A stretch of 64,000 nt of DNA, from assembly GCA_022605425.2 (NCBI GenBank), contig CM061246.1, forward strand, positions 1,736,001-1,800,000, in the 5' to 3' direction. Shown one piece after another: positions 13,505-26,490 of the stretch (position 1 is its first letter; each line of letters begins with the position of its first letter). Under the pieces are notes generated by a model. It worked only from the letters and a program-made list of their open reading frames with translations. It did not search any database and had not been told where the DNA came from. Made by a program: the position numbers and the translations under genes. Origin of the DNA: Hamiltosporidium tvaerminnensis FI-OER-3-3. Its lineage: Eukaryota > Fungi > Microsporidia.

Positions 13505-13930
13505 AAAAAAACACAGGAAACATAATCTATCAGCCAATGGTTGGCTTATTTAAACATGTAGTGTAGAGATAATTCCTTACCTGATAAGCAGGGGCATTAT
13601 TCTAACTAAATACCAAAAAATGTATCTTAAAAGACTCAATATACTTATAATAAACCTAGAGGCATATATTCAGCAGATAATACCTAAGAATACAACGAAG
13701 AAATTTTGTTAAGATACGAAGAGGACTCGAGTCAAAACAGACCTAAAGAGAGCGGAGAAAAGACGTCAATTTGTTTTAAATAGGAGTTGAAAGCATTTAG
13801 AATCAACATCTTTTTATACAAGCTAGTATCTAGAAAATTGGTGTTACACAACTAAATATTATAAAATAATTTACCCTTTAAAACCCATAGAGGACCCCAC
13901 TCTAGAGGATCGTCTTACATACTTACTTAT
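13505..13930 (+). mobile_element. old, diverged 3' fragment of the R4/Dong-type element
   Basis: gtagagataattccttac, atcttaaaagactc, tagaggcatatattcag and cgaagaggactcgagtca align in order with 39590-39830. Confidence 0.7.
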
Positions 13931-14282
13931 TCCATTCCTCTTTTACTTCTAGGTGTCGAGGATGAACAAATGAAAGTTTACCATTTCTTTCTTTTAATTT
14001 GTTGTAACACAGGATTATAGGAGATTGGTCTATAGATCAACTAAAGGATCGACATTAAACTAAATAAAACTCGGATATAAAAAAAGAGAATAAAATGATT
14101 TGAATGATGGAAGAAATTATTTGAAGAAAAAAAATTAACCATGAATTTTATTTATAGAATATAAAAATAAATATGAAATAGAAAAAACTAGGAATCGAAA
14201 GAAAAGAAAAATTTGATTTGAACATCGATTATAGTTGTAAAAATTAACATTGTATAGTTTACAAGTAAATATATTAAAAGAT

Positions 14283-14364
14283 TAGCCAGAGCGGGATTCG
14301 AACCCGCGCCCCCGAAGAGACTTGCACCTTAAACAAGCGCCTTAGACCACTCGGCCATCTGACT
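14283..14364 (-). tRNA. tRNA-Leu (anticodon AAG)
   Basis: Cloverleaf: acceptor AGTCAGA/TCTGGCT plus discriminator A; D-arm GCC-GAGTGGTCTAA-GGC; anticodon arm CTTGT-TTAAGGT-GCAAG; long variable arm; T-arm GCGGG-TTCGAAT-CCCGC. A T4 run lies just downstream. Confidence 0.96.
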
Positions 14365-14427
14365 TAATTATTTTATTAAATATTAGTTAACTATTTTTCA
14401 CTTTTTATTCTAACCCCTTGTTTTTTT

Positions 14428-14910
14428 ATGGAATTTTATGATTTGAATTTAATACTTGCAGAAGAAACAAAAGTAACAGTAAAATTTAACCATGACGTTG
14501 ATTTTTTTGGATTTTATTTTGCAGAAAACCTTTCCTACATTCCAAAAAACCATTCAGTAAAAGTACCATTTTTTATGGTCGATTTTTTACTAGAAAATGA
14601 ACATTGTATTCTCGTTGATGATTTTGTTGAAGAAACCACAAAAAATAATTTGATGGCAAAACCTTCATTGGTAAATTTATCTGAAAACTATTTTAATTTC
14701 TATTATTTCGGAATAATTATTTCTAAATATTTAAATATAAAAGATTTTTTATTTGAGGTTTTTTGTGAAAGAACTTCTGATTTTTGCAATGAGTTGTTCA
14801 CAGATAAATTGACTGATGACAATTACTTACTCATGGATATAAATGAAAAAAGAATTATGTTTTTCTCTGCTTTCATTTTAGAAAAATATAGAAGATTTTT
14901 ACGGCTTTAA
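14428..14910 (+). CDS. PSF3: GINS complex subunit Psf3
   Basis: The N-terminus FYDLNLILAEETKVTVKF...FGFY...IPKNHSVKVPFFMVDFL and the A.P..VNL....FY.FG motif match Psf3/GINS3. CCC motif upstream (taaccccttg). Confidence 0.85.
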   Translation: MEFYDLNLILAEETKVTVKFNHDVDFFGFYFAENLSYIPKNHSVKVPFFMVDFLLENEHCILVDDFVEETTKNNLMAKPSLVNLSENYFNFYYFGIIISKYLNIKDFLFEVFCERTSDFCNELFTDKLTDDNYLLMDINEKRIMFFSAFILEKYRRFLRL

Positions 14911-17900
14911 TATTAAATTCTTTTTGATATTTTTTCTTCGTATCTTATTGGTGAAAGATTAAAATTTTTGATAATAAACTTATTTTAAAAAATAAAAAAG
15001 TATTTTACAAAACATAAATTTAAAAGTGTGGATTTTTTGGTTAAAATTTTTTATTGGGCTCTTCTTTATAAAGATAATAGTTTTTTATTTTACAAATGAT
15101 TCTAAATAAAATTTATTAATAATAAAGATTTAAAAAAAATTATACTTTCAGATCAAAAGTGAAGGATATCGAGATATAAAAAATATTTATTTTTTTAAAG
15201 GTAATGACATATTGTATATGTTGCTTTATCATTTTTTAGTGGCTGTTAAAGCAAAAAACTATTTCTCAACTACAAAAAAATATTTTTTTCACACAAATCT
15301 ATAAATTTATTTTATATTTTTAGCCATTATGAGCATATTTCTAGTTTCATTTTTTCCTAAGACTTCATTTTGACTTTCATTTTTTTTCTCGCAAGGAATA
15401 CGAATAGTAGGAAAATACAGAAAAGAAATGAAAAAATATTAAAATTCTCTTTAATTTAAGTAATATAATTGCAAGAAAAACAGAATAAATCTATATTTCA
15501 AGATAAAAAAATAAAAAATTAAATTGGCTTTTGAACTTCTATAATTATTCAAATTGTGATATTAAACGTAGTAGAACATTCACATAACTCACCTTAACTT
15601 ATTATATGCATCATTAAAATTAAGTATTGAAGGAAAGCATATTTTACAGAATAAAATCTTGAAAAATTATTTGTCGAAATTAGTTTAAAGATAAATAAAA
15701 CAAAACATTACATTTAAAGTTATATGCGTCTAAAATATTTGTGCGTTATTTTTAGTAAAGCTTCTAATTAAATAAGAAAACGAACACATGGCATCAAACA
15801 ACTGACTTAAGTTTTTATTTTTTCAGTAGAAATGCACTTATGGGTACGGAAGAACCGATTTATTCCATTATTTTGATATATTAAAGAGACCGATGAGTAT
15901 TTTAGGATTTTGTGAAAAATTAAAGAAAATCGTGGTTGATGAACGCCAAATGAGATGATGTCTAAAATGAGACTCAACTATCAAATCAAATATAGTCTTT
16001 AGAAAAAATCAAGAGTTAAATGTCCAAGAAATATTTGTAAAAAATTAAGGAAAAAAACTGTATTAAAAATAAATTAAAATCTGAAATAAAAGAACAGTTG
16101 TATATATTTTAATACAAATATGCTCATTATAATCAATTTTTTTGAAAGACTTGCTTCGAATTATGTAGATAAATAAAGAAAGGCAATTGTACATTTTGTG
16201 TAAATTTTATATTTTGTAATGCCTGATATAGTATTTTTGAAAATATTAGAATATGAGATACCGCTTAAAAAATTAGAACGTTTCTAAGATTATAGTAATG
16301 TGTAGAGATGTATTATTTAATAAATCAGAGTCTAAATCATTCATTCTGATTTAATAAAGACTGGATAAAGACTAAACGTTGCAAAGAGTTAAGAATAGAA
16401 TACCAGAAAGCCATACAAAAACCAAGGTTCATAAAATACGTATTTCTATCAAATATTTGAGCGAAATAAAATAAGGCTTTAAGATAGTAATGCAGAAAAT
16501 ATTAATCACTTTATTTTGAATCATTTAACTGCAGAAATGATTTTATGTAAAAATAAAAGTCACACTGCTTATAGTATATAGTGATTAAGCTATAAAGAAG
16601 GTTATTGATTGAAAAGGTAGATAAAACAGTTAACCATGTATTTAAAAAAATGTTTTTATAAATCATTTGTGAAATATATATCATTTACGGTAATTTTGTA
16701 GGAAAGATTATCAAAATTAATAGTTTATTTATACTTAATTTATTCAAAAGAATATTTAATCCAAAAAAAATATAATCAATAATATCAGACAAAGATAGAG
16801 TGAATAAAAAAAATATTAAGATTGAATAATTTATCGGAAGAGAAAATTAAGTTATATCCATGCACTTAAAGGGCTTTTAATCAAAATTTACTAATCAAAA
16901 ACTTCTTATATTCGGTTTTACCTTTTCCTTTCTAAAAACGCGATACGTGCGTCTCGAAATCCAGAATCACTGTCCGTATTTCTCTAAATGTTTAAACGAA
17001 TCTGACACCTCAAAAAGAACAGTTTTTAAATTTATCCTCGAATTGGATGAAGCATTTATAAATACCTTTGATAATAGTTAAACGACTGCTGAATACATTT
17101 TTTTTTAACAAAAAAAAATAATTCTTCCAAATGTATTTGTTAGGATACTAAAAAAAATAAAAAATGGTGCATCTTTTTGGAAATTCGATTACTTTGTTTA
17201 AAAGATATTGCGGTGAGAAATAATTTTCCTGCAACATCTCACTATTTCTATATAAACCTTCTTATGTGCTTTTGAAACTTTAAATCGTCTTATTTCGAAG
17301 TTTAATAGAATAAGTTACTTTTCATTTGTATTACCGGGTATATTTTTCGGAAATCCAAACTATTTTTTATGAAATATATCAAAACGGGGATTTAAAACAA
17401 CAAAAAACAGAAAATAAATCGAAGAACTTTTAGAAATCCGTAAACCGTTAGATTATATAAAAGCTTTAGCTTTTAAAAATTTGATTAACTTCTTAATTAA
17501 TCCTTTTAAAAGAACCATTTTTTTATTTATAATATATTTTCGAATATTCCAACCCGATAGTCATCATTTAAAGGTTCAGAAATTTTATTCGAATTATACG
17601 AAAATATTTGCGAAATAAACAGAAGATATATTTGATTCTGAAAATATCAGAAAATATTATAAAGAGGAGTATGATTCAATTTATGCAATTGCACGATTGT
17701 TAAAGCGCATTTGGTTGTTAGGGCATATTTTGATACCTTCATTCTTTCTTTCAATGTTTCAACAACCTGTATAGATGAAAAAAAACATTTAATTCTTTTT
17801 TTGTAGATTCAGAAGATGAAGAGATAAACGATATCGATATTACATTGAGAGTTGTCTATGATGCAATTTTAAATTTGAAAAAAAAAGCATTGCAATAGAA

Positions 17901-20070
17901 CTAAAATCTAGCTATATTGCAATTCTTTTTTAAATGTATAAAAATTTTTAGGTTAGAATATGTAAATCTAAAAAGTGAACCCAAAGATACAAATAAACAT
18001 AAGAATTACGATGAAAAAATATCGGATCATATGACTATAGGTGTTAATGAGAATATTAATAAACATATTATTTTAACCAAGCTCAAAAATATAGTCGATT
18101 TTCAGACAATTACAAGCTTGAAAATAAAGAATTTTAATCTTCATCTTTCAGGCATAGAAATATTTGTAAAAAAAATTTGAGCAGATTATAAATAATCAGT
18201 AAATCTATATAATTGAGTCGTTTTATTATAGAATACGTCGGCAATATCAGTAGTCTTTTTTAGATATTATTTGAAAATGTTGAATTTATTAACTCGAGCT
18301 AGGATTTTTCTCAACCTATTTCTATGAAAACAGTCATCCTGAAAAAAAATTAATCTAATGCAACGTGAATATAACCTAAATTATTTTTTGATTCGTTAAG
18401 CATTATTCTAGAGACTTCAAGGTTATGTACCCAAACCAACTTTTTCGAAATGGAAGGATATTGATTCAAATATTCTATTTATAAATCGTCTTTGGTTTTT
18501 ATAAAAAAATTTACGACTCTAAGACTTGTTTCATTAGTCATATATTCACTACATTGTACACATATTAAAAGTATTATCTCTATTAAGGTTAAAAGAGCTT
18601 GATTTATCAAAAACTTAAAAAGGTGTTTGGAAGTAGATATTCTTGATTTTGCATCACTCTCGTTTCTTCGCAAATTTATTTTATCGGATCGTAATTTGAA
18701 ACTTGAATTTTCTTTCGGTTGTTCTGGAATTTCTGCAAATTGTTAAATCTTTAGATGTTTTGGATATTTCTAAAAATTTAAACTTAGATAATTCGATTTT
18801 TATGTTTTTTCGAAAAATAAAAAATAAAATTTAAGCGAAGTTGACTTTTCTATATAATAAGTTTTCTGCTGTAGATTTGAACACTTTTACATTTCAGAAA
18901 GTTCCTAAGTATGATTTTAGTTTTGAATTTTTTAGCAATTTATATGAACTGGAAGAATTTTTTATAAAGATTCTCATTTTTGCCTTTTAAACCAGCAAAT
19001 TCTTCTAAATTTTCTTTTGCGGAATTGATCTTGATCTATCTAAAAGCAAGCCTGCTATTTCGGAAAAATAAAATCTCTAAAAAAATACTAAAGATTTGAA
19101 TATTTGGTATTGTTTGTATTTTTCAATAAATATCTTGCCGATTTCTCATTAAGTTTCAATTTATAATATAGAAAAAATCTACATAAGTTCAGTAGGTTTA
19201 ATTTATGCTGAGGTTAGACTTATTAATATTATTAGTAAATTTGAAAACAAAGGAACCATATCCTTATATAATCTTAAAATTTCTTTTGAGTTCTTAGAAA
19301 AATAACTGTCTCTGATTTCAGTAGTGTGAAATTATTTTCCATCAGATATATTTGAACAAGTCGTGATCAAGAAGAAATTCAAAAAGGTTATTGTTATTTG
19401 CATCAAACATTTTTAAAACTTTTTTAATTCCATCTAAAGATGTGTGGGCGTTTATCAAAACGTATCAATTTAAAAACATCAAATTTATACACATTTTATT
19501 TCTAATTTTTTAATTCCCTATTAATAATACGTACTTTAATAAATTTATTTGTCTTTATTCGGTTTTTCTTGATTAAAATAATAGAATAAAAGGTGGTAAT
19601 TTATACTTTACTCTTGTAAGCCTTCGAGCATTTTATTGGATATCAATTTTTTTTAAATCAATATGCAGATTAAATTTACCTACCAAGCAACTTTCTTTAT
19701 TTTAATTTTAATTTTTAAATCATAGTTAGTTCACCTAAAAAAATCACATAATTAATAATTTTATAATTACTTAAATCATTTCTTCGCTCTTTTTATAAAG
19801 ATTCTATTATTTATTTCAGTTACTTCAAAATTAAATAACTCTAAATTCATACTGAAAATTTAATTAAACGTTTTAATGTTTAATAAAATTTGTAAAGGTC
19901 TTCTTTTTACAATAATGAGATTAAAAAATATTTATTAGTTGATTTTTTTTAAATTATTTTGTAGCAACTTAGTTTATAATCTAAATAAAAATAATTTAAG
20001 CTAATTTCGTTTTCAATTACTCAAAATCTCTTGAATTTTTTCTATTAAATTATGTTAATTTATAAGAATA

Positions 20071-20811
20071 GTGGAGGGAGGATAACCGCATAAAAAACTT
20101 TCTGCTTGGCAATGAGTGTGTGAAACTGGTGTGAGGTCATTGTTTGGATTATTGGTGGGAATAAAATCACACTACATCTTTGGTTGTTTCATGGGAGTTA
20201 TTATGAGGTGAGAAATGTTTCCAAAATAGCGAAACTTTTTCTGTAAAGGTATTTGTAGTTTTTTATGTAACTAGATTACAGACTGCAGCTGAACTTATAG
20301 GTAATTGCCATGTAAAAGACCGGGAACCTAACCTTGTTCACTCAGGTTAGAAGACATAGCCCCCGGGTGATATATAAAATAAATCCCTTAAAAAGACAAG
20401 GAATACTAAGCAGCAGGTTATACCTGTTGGTATGATATTGCACTGTCTAGGTAGACTTCATGTAAGTCTCTGAAATTTATCTTAGCTAAAAGTTTATTGG
20501 GTCAGAAAGTGTAGCGTAAGTGGGAATGCTGCATAGTGTCGGGGGAGCTCAGGGGGGCTTCGACCTTCGATCGGACTCATTGCAGCGAGCATTAACGAAC
20601 TCCGGGCAACTGCCTCGCCTAGTAATTAGGTTCTACACACCTGGTAAATGAAAGGCTTTGGGACGTAGGTATCGCAGGGGGTACTGATGGAGTGTTGGGG
20701 TAGCAGTCATTTATGTTAAACCCAAAACTGCGTTAATGTCATGAAACAAATATAACACTTGCAACTGTTTTAAAAAAGATGTGATACTTTTAAATAAAGA
20801 TTGTTTACTAC
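20071..20811 (+). mobile_element. family A SINE-like element with target-site duplication
   Basis: Starts GTGGAGGGAGGATAACC; AATAAA at 20793-20798. Flanked by ttaatttataagaata (20055-20070) and ttaatttatagaata (20812-20826). Confidence 0.88.
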
Positions 20812-22469
20812 TTAATTTATAGAATATTTGTATAACCTGACTTTTCTATTTAATACGTATTGGTTTTATTTTCAGGCCTTATAATAAATTAAGATGTAAA
20901 TCTACTTTTTAATAACTTTCTATCATTCATATATCTTCCTGGCTTTCTCAATATGAAATTAGAAAATTATTAAAGAGTAAAAACAACAATATGATATATG
21001 AAAAAATGCTATAATAAAGATATAACACGATAGAGAAAAAAATTTTCAACTGGCAAATACTAATTACCAGATTTTTAAATTCAAACTTTGTATTAAATTT
21101 GTTTAAAATGATCAAACACTTATTTTAGAAAATAATTCAACGAATTATTTGAATAAAAGTTTTACTTAAAGACTCTTATAATTCTTTAATAATTCAAATA
21201 TCTAAATTATGACTATGAATATTTTGTTTTAAGGTATTTTAGGATTTTAGACTGTTTTCATACTTAGCAAAATTGCAGATTAGAAATAGCAAGATAAAGA
21301 AATTTTGATTCTATTCTTAATATGATTCGATAAATTTTTGTTTCATGAAAATTCTTTATAATAAATCCATTATAAAATCTGATTCTAGAAAAATAAATTT
21401 AAATTATACTAGAAAATTTAATTTATACTTTAATAAAGTAATTTAGATATGTGATATTAAAAATTTATTATAAAGTAAATTCTAAATGAATTTAAAAGAA
21501 AAATTTGTTGGTTTTTATCTTTTGTCGAGAAGAAAACGATATAATAAATTTTATATAACTTTCATAATAGCCAATAATTTTAAATTTTCAATGCATTTAT
21601 ATGTCTTTCTTCCTGATTTTAAAACACTAACAACAAAAAATCGTTAAAACTTGATCCTGCATATAAATACGCTCTTAAAGAACTTTTATTTGAATACCGA
21701 GAGTTTATTTTGTTGTAATTCTATTTAATTACAAAATTGAGAGATATTTGATACTTTCAAGATTTATAAAATATTTTAGGCTAGAAATATGTTTTATGGA
21801 TCGTTAAAATATACTTAATAGATCATTTACTTTCTAACCGTAAATTTTTCTTTTTAATACAGAGTAGTTGATAATAATTATAAATTTAACTTTTTTTTTC
21901 CGAAAATTTTGCAGCTTGTACAAATTATATTTTTATAGTAAATTTAAAGTTTCCGAAACTCTTAAAAGAATTTTTGATTAATATTTGTAATATTTCTGCA
22001 AATATCGGATATTTGGTATATGAATTTTATATTTAATAATTTGGATTATGATGAAACTTAGAAATACAAATAATTTAAATAAAGATTATTTTACTATGTT
22101 TCGAATATAATGTAATGAAAATTTGATTTTTTTTAATAAGAATCATAGAGAATATTACTTTATTTTAATATGATACGATATATTATTACTGAAGTAATTA
22201 AAATAAATGGTAGAGATGCTAAGACGATTTTTCTGAAAGATATCAGAGAGGGGGAGGGTGATCAAGATGGCGTGTGATGTTTTCTTAGTATTTGAAAAGC
22301 CTTTTTAACTTCACAATAATATTTGTAAGTAAGATGGTGCAACGGAACTACTTTTTCCTTAATCATTACCCTAAACGTTATATATTTCTATATTTTGTAA
22401 TGAGAGTTGCAACTAGAACAAAGCACCTAATGAACCTTTTCGGGATTTCCGGGTAAAGTATAATGTTAA

Positions 22470-23468
22470 ACCTTTTTCAATTCAACACCAAACAGCAACA
22501 ATCTATCTCAAAAACCATATCTTCATTACAATATGATAGTTTTTTATTTGCAATTTTAATATTAATTTTGCCTTCTGAATATTTATTACCGTTTAAATCT
22601 TTAAAACAAAATACAAAATCGTATAAAGGATCAAATATCGGATGCAAAAGAGCGAGATATGCCTGAAAACGTGCGTATAAGTTCTTTTCAAAACAATGGT
22701 TAAAAAAATCTGTTTGTATTTCTGTAGGAAAATACCTGCGAAAAGAAAAGACTGAAAAAAGTTTTTTGAAAAGTTTCGCGGCTATATCAACATTGGATTT
22801 TGAGCTAGAAACACCATTTTTATATATCCGGGTGGTTTCTTATTATTTTGGCCTTTAATAGTACTATATGAACCAATCCTAGACTTCTCATGTGGTTTAA
22901 ACAGTGCACAACTCCCTATATTCTATGAATATTACTTGTAAATTGTCAGTGACCATCAAATTTTGATGTCTAAAGTCATAATCTATTGAGTGTTGAAATG
23001 AAATATGAGAAAGAACATCCAATATTTGTTTCATAATATACAGTGCGTCGTTTTCAGAATATGAATATATTTTTAAATAACTCGAACATGTATAAGAATA
23101 TTATTCAAATGCGCTGTATTCATAATCATCAATTTGTATATAGCCAAAAAATTTCGCAATTTTTCATGAACTAACTTTTCAAGGAGTTTTGGATCATTTG
23201 AAGACAATCTTTTTGGAAATTTTTTTATATTCCTTTTTTTGACAACAAATGTCTCTTTCAGAATATCATGAGCCAGATACATAGAAACCAGCTTTCCTTT
23301 AAAGATTTCCTTGACCAAAGTATATTTTTTACTCAAACCATTGTAGCTTATATTGACTTCCTTTATATTTTTGTTTCCTTCATAACATTTAACGACAGAT
23401 ATGTTAGTTCGTTCATACAATATTAAACAAAATATCATTTTTATGAAAATACCGATTTTTTGTAACAT
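22470..23468 (-). pseudogene. frameshifted secreted protein-kinase-like (pseudokinase) gene
   Basis: ccacccttaa precedes ATG and the N-terminus is hydrophobic. The N-lobe-like segment is YTLVKEIFKGKLVSMYLA...FVVKK. Other frames give YSENDALYIMKQILDVLSHI..DYDFRHQNLMV....VIFIEY and ARFQAYLALLHPIF (subdomain XI). The 3' end is approximate. Confidence 0.7.
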
Positions 23469-24589
23469 TTAAGGGTGGTATACAAAAATTATTTTGACAC
23501 GTAAAAATCAAATCCCCAATAATTAAGAAATCACATTATAAGATTTTTATATTGAATTATCAAAATTTATTTAAAAAAAAATACATTTTAGGTAAATAAT
23601 TTTATATTTATTACCATATATGTTAATTTTTCATTTTTTTTTAATTTAAATTTGCAAAATATTTGTAATAAAATATATTTTTTCATCCAAGAATCCATAC
23701 TCAGGAATATATAACGTTTCTATTTAAATAATTTTGATTCTTAAATATTCTAAAATTAAGAAGTCAACGTTAACACAATCTCTTTTTAGATTATTTTTTT
23801 TTAACATTTTATATGATTTTGTTTAGAATACTAATATTCTTTTACTCTTGCGTTTCAGTATTTAATCTAAAGATTTCTCTGGTTTTTGTTCTTTGTCTTG
23901 TCTGCGAAAATAAGTTGATAGTCAAAGCTATCTTTTGTAAATCTAATGCATATGGTTCTTTCCTTATTTGAGCTTCGTAATATATGTATTGCAATATTTT
24001 ATTCTGACTATCTATTGAAAAAAATCGGAAAGCTGTATGAAGATTTTACAAGCTTGGTGTTGGATTATTCATTTCGTATTAAAATTCAAAAGAATTTGTT
24101 TTCCTTTTCTATTGGGCTCACTTTTTCTCTAAATTGTTTTTTGATATTCTATTCTGTCTCTCTGTTTTTCTTATTATAAATCTTTGTTAAATCTCATGAT
24201 TTAGACTAAAAAAATATTATCAGAAAATATAATACTCTAAGAAATTGTTAATAAGCGTTGGTATAAACAATTTTAACAAAATAAAGTCTTATTTTTACTT
24301 TTTAACCTTTCAATATTTTTTGCTTGAAATATATAAAATTTCATTTTAAAAGAAAGATAAAATACGTGAGAGAATATAAATCAAGGAACTAAAATAAAAA
24401 TAAATTTTCAACGAACACTTTCTGAAACTTTTTTCAATTTTCCGTCATTTTTTCCATTAGTTTTTTAAAATTTTTAGTTGAAAAAGGGTGGTCTATTTGA
24501 ATCCTTAATTTCGCTTGAACAGTTGATTTCCACCAATATTTGCGTGATTCTTGCTTAAGAAGCAATAATGTAACTGTTTTTCAGACCCA

Positions 24590-24760
24590 ATATAATTTAG
24601 TGATCGGCTGGATTTGCTTTTTTCCAGGGGTGAAATTCAGCTGCGTAAGTTGTCTTTAAAATACGAGATTTATTGTGGTTTTCGGTGCGTTTGAAGGATC
24701 AAAAATTTTTGATCAGTTTTAAAAATATTATTAGTCGTCATATAGAACAAAACATAACGC
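24590..24760 (-). mobile_element. possible Ty3/gypsy RNase H remnant
   Basis: The minus strand gives KTDQKFL (TDH.PL-like) and then, across a frameshift, PGK..NPAD (PGK.N..AD.LSR-like). Heavily decayed. Confidence 0.3.
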
Positions 24761-25044
24761 CTATTTCGCAACTTTATTGACAAATAGGAATCAATGGCTT
24801 GCATGATTTCCAATATATGACTACTTGCAAAAATCTGATAAGAAATTTAATCTTTGTTTGACAAAGCTGCACAATTCCTAGATTAGCAACTTCGTTATTG
24901 AATCTTTGCTTAACTCTAAATTTCTTGGCATTCAGTATGGCTTATATATAATTATATGTATATTAATTATATATTGGTCTTGTTTATTCTATAAATATCG
25001 AATATATTTACAAAATTGGTATATAGTATAAATTTTTCTAATAT

Positions 25045-25499
25045 TAACGCTTTTCTAGGTTTAACATAGATAACCGACCCCCAAAACTACATCGGTATCC
25101 CTTATGATACCTACATCTCAAATTTTAATCTAAAGAAATGTATTAACCTTTTAGATAAGCGGTTTGGTTGAAAGTGATACTTAATATCTGTTGTTTGAAG
25201 TTTAATTGTAGGACAACCCTCCTTGCCCTTTCAGTCTTCTCCGGATTAGCAGTCTTCCACTTTCTCTATGGATTCTATGCAAAAATACATCTGGCTATGG
25301 TATACTTTGGCGATATATTTGGAAGTTCCCTAGAAGTGCAGTGACATATTGAAAATTTTAACCCACTTCTTTGCTTTTTGGCTTTTAAAGGTTTTTTTCA
25401 TATCTTCCAGGCGATTTGTTTTCAAACCAGCTTTAATAAGGCTATGTTCTCATGCTTTCAAGTGTAAAATGTCCACAAGTTCAATCGTGATTTCAAATA
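25045..25499 (-). repeat. family A, highly diverged partial copy abutting family B
   Basis: attaacgc..tctaggtttaacata, catcggta.ccct..gatacctacatc and aaggcta.gtt are collinear with 11290-11740. Confidence 0.7.
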
Positions 25500-26442
25500 T
25501 CATTTATATAATTCACTAATGTCCCGACGACGACTCACCTCGAAATCACTTCGAAATGTTCAATAGCTTGGGAGAATATAAGACACCAATAAGAGTGCTA
25601 CAATCAAAAAAAGAATCTTTCAATTTGTTCATAAAACAACACAACCTATAAAAGTGAGTAGAACTGAACAAAAACAATTGAAAATTTTCGTTTCGTTCAA
25701 AAAAAAAATTGAAATAAAAATTGTAAATTTTCTTCTAAATTGTATTATTTATCAAGAATAACATCTAAATTTGTTTTTTTAATTTTTCTAAAGTTTTTAT
25801 TGCCAAAAAAAATTTAAATCAATTTGTTCTGATTTCTCTTCTATGAATTTACAGATACCTAAAAAATTGTATGGAAATATTTATTGCTTTTCTACCATTC
25901 TTCTGCGTAATATATTTATATTCTCAATAATAATTCCACAAAAGATCTTTAGTTTAATAGCCTCGTGGAAATTTATACTTGATTAAATCAACTGATTTTT
26001 AATTGAAATGTGTATAAATTTATAGTTGATAAATTAACAAATACAGCATATAGTTAAAAGAACGGTGATTCCAGACAAAGAAAATTCTTCATTTGAATAA
26101 ATTTCTTAGAAAAAAAACAGAATTGAAAAAAAATAGATGGAAAGTGAACAGGCTAAACATAAAACGCCGAGCTGAACCTCTAAAAAATTGAAATCTAATG
26201 AAAAAAAGGAAGAAGAATATTTTAATAAAACATCCTTAAATTTACTGAGAAATGTCAGAAGACTACTAAAAATGTGATATGAAAGCCAAGAAAATATACA
26301 AGAAACAGACTAGGAGAGAGTATAAAATTTTTATTGAGATGATTAAGAAATTTTTACTCAAATAATGAAGCTTATGATTATTTTAGGCATTCTTTATTTA
26401 TGAATGTAAAAGAAAGTTCGTTTCCACAAGCTTAACGTCTAG
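25500..26442 (+). mobile_element. family B non-autonomous Helitron-like element, copy 2
   Basis: A^TCATTTATATAATTCACTAATG ... agaaagttcgtttcc ... gtCTAG^T. This gives a 5' TC, a 3' CTAG, an A/T target and no TSD. Confidence 0.8.
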
Positions 26443-26490
26443 TATATATATGAATAAACGCAATATTGAAATTTACTTTTTAAGTAAAAG

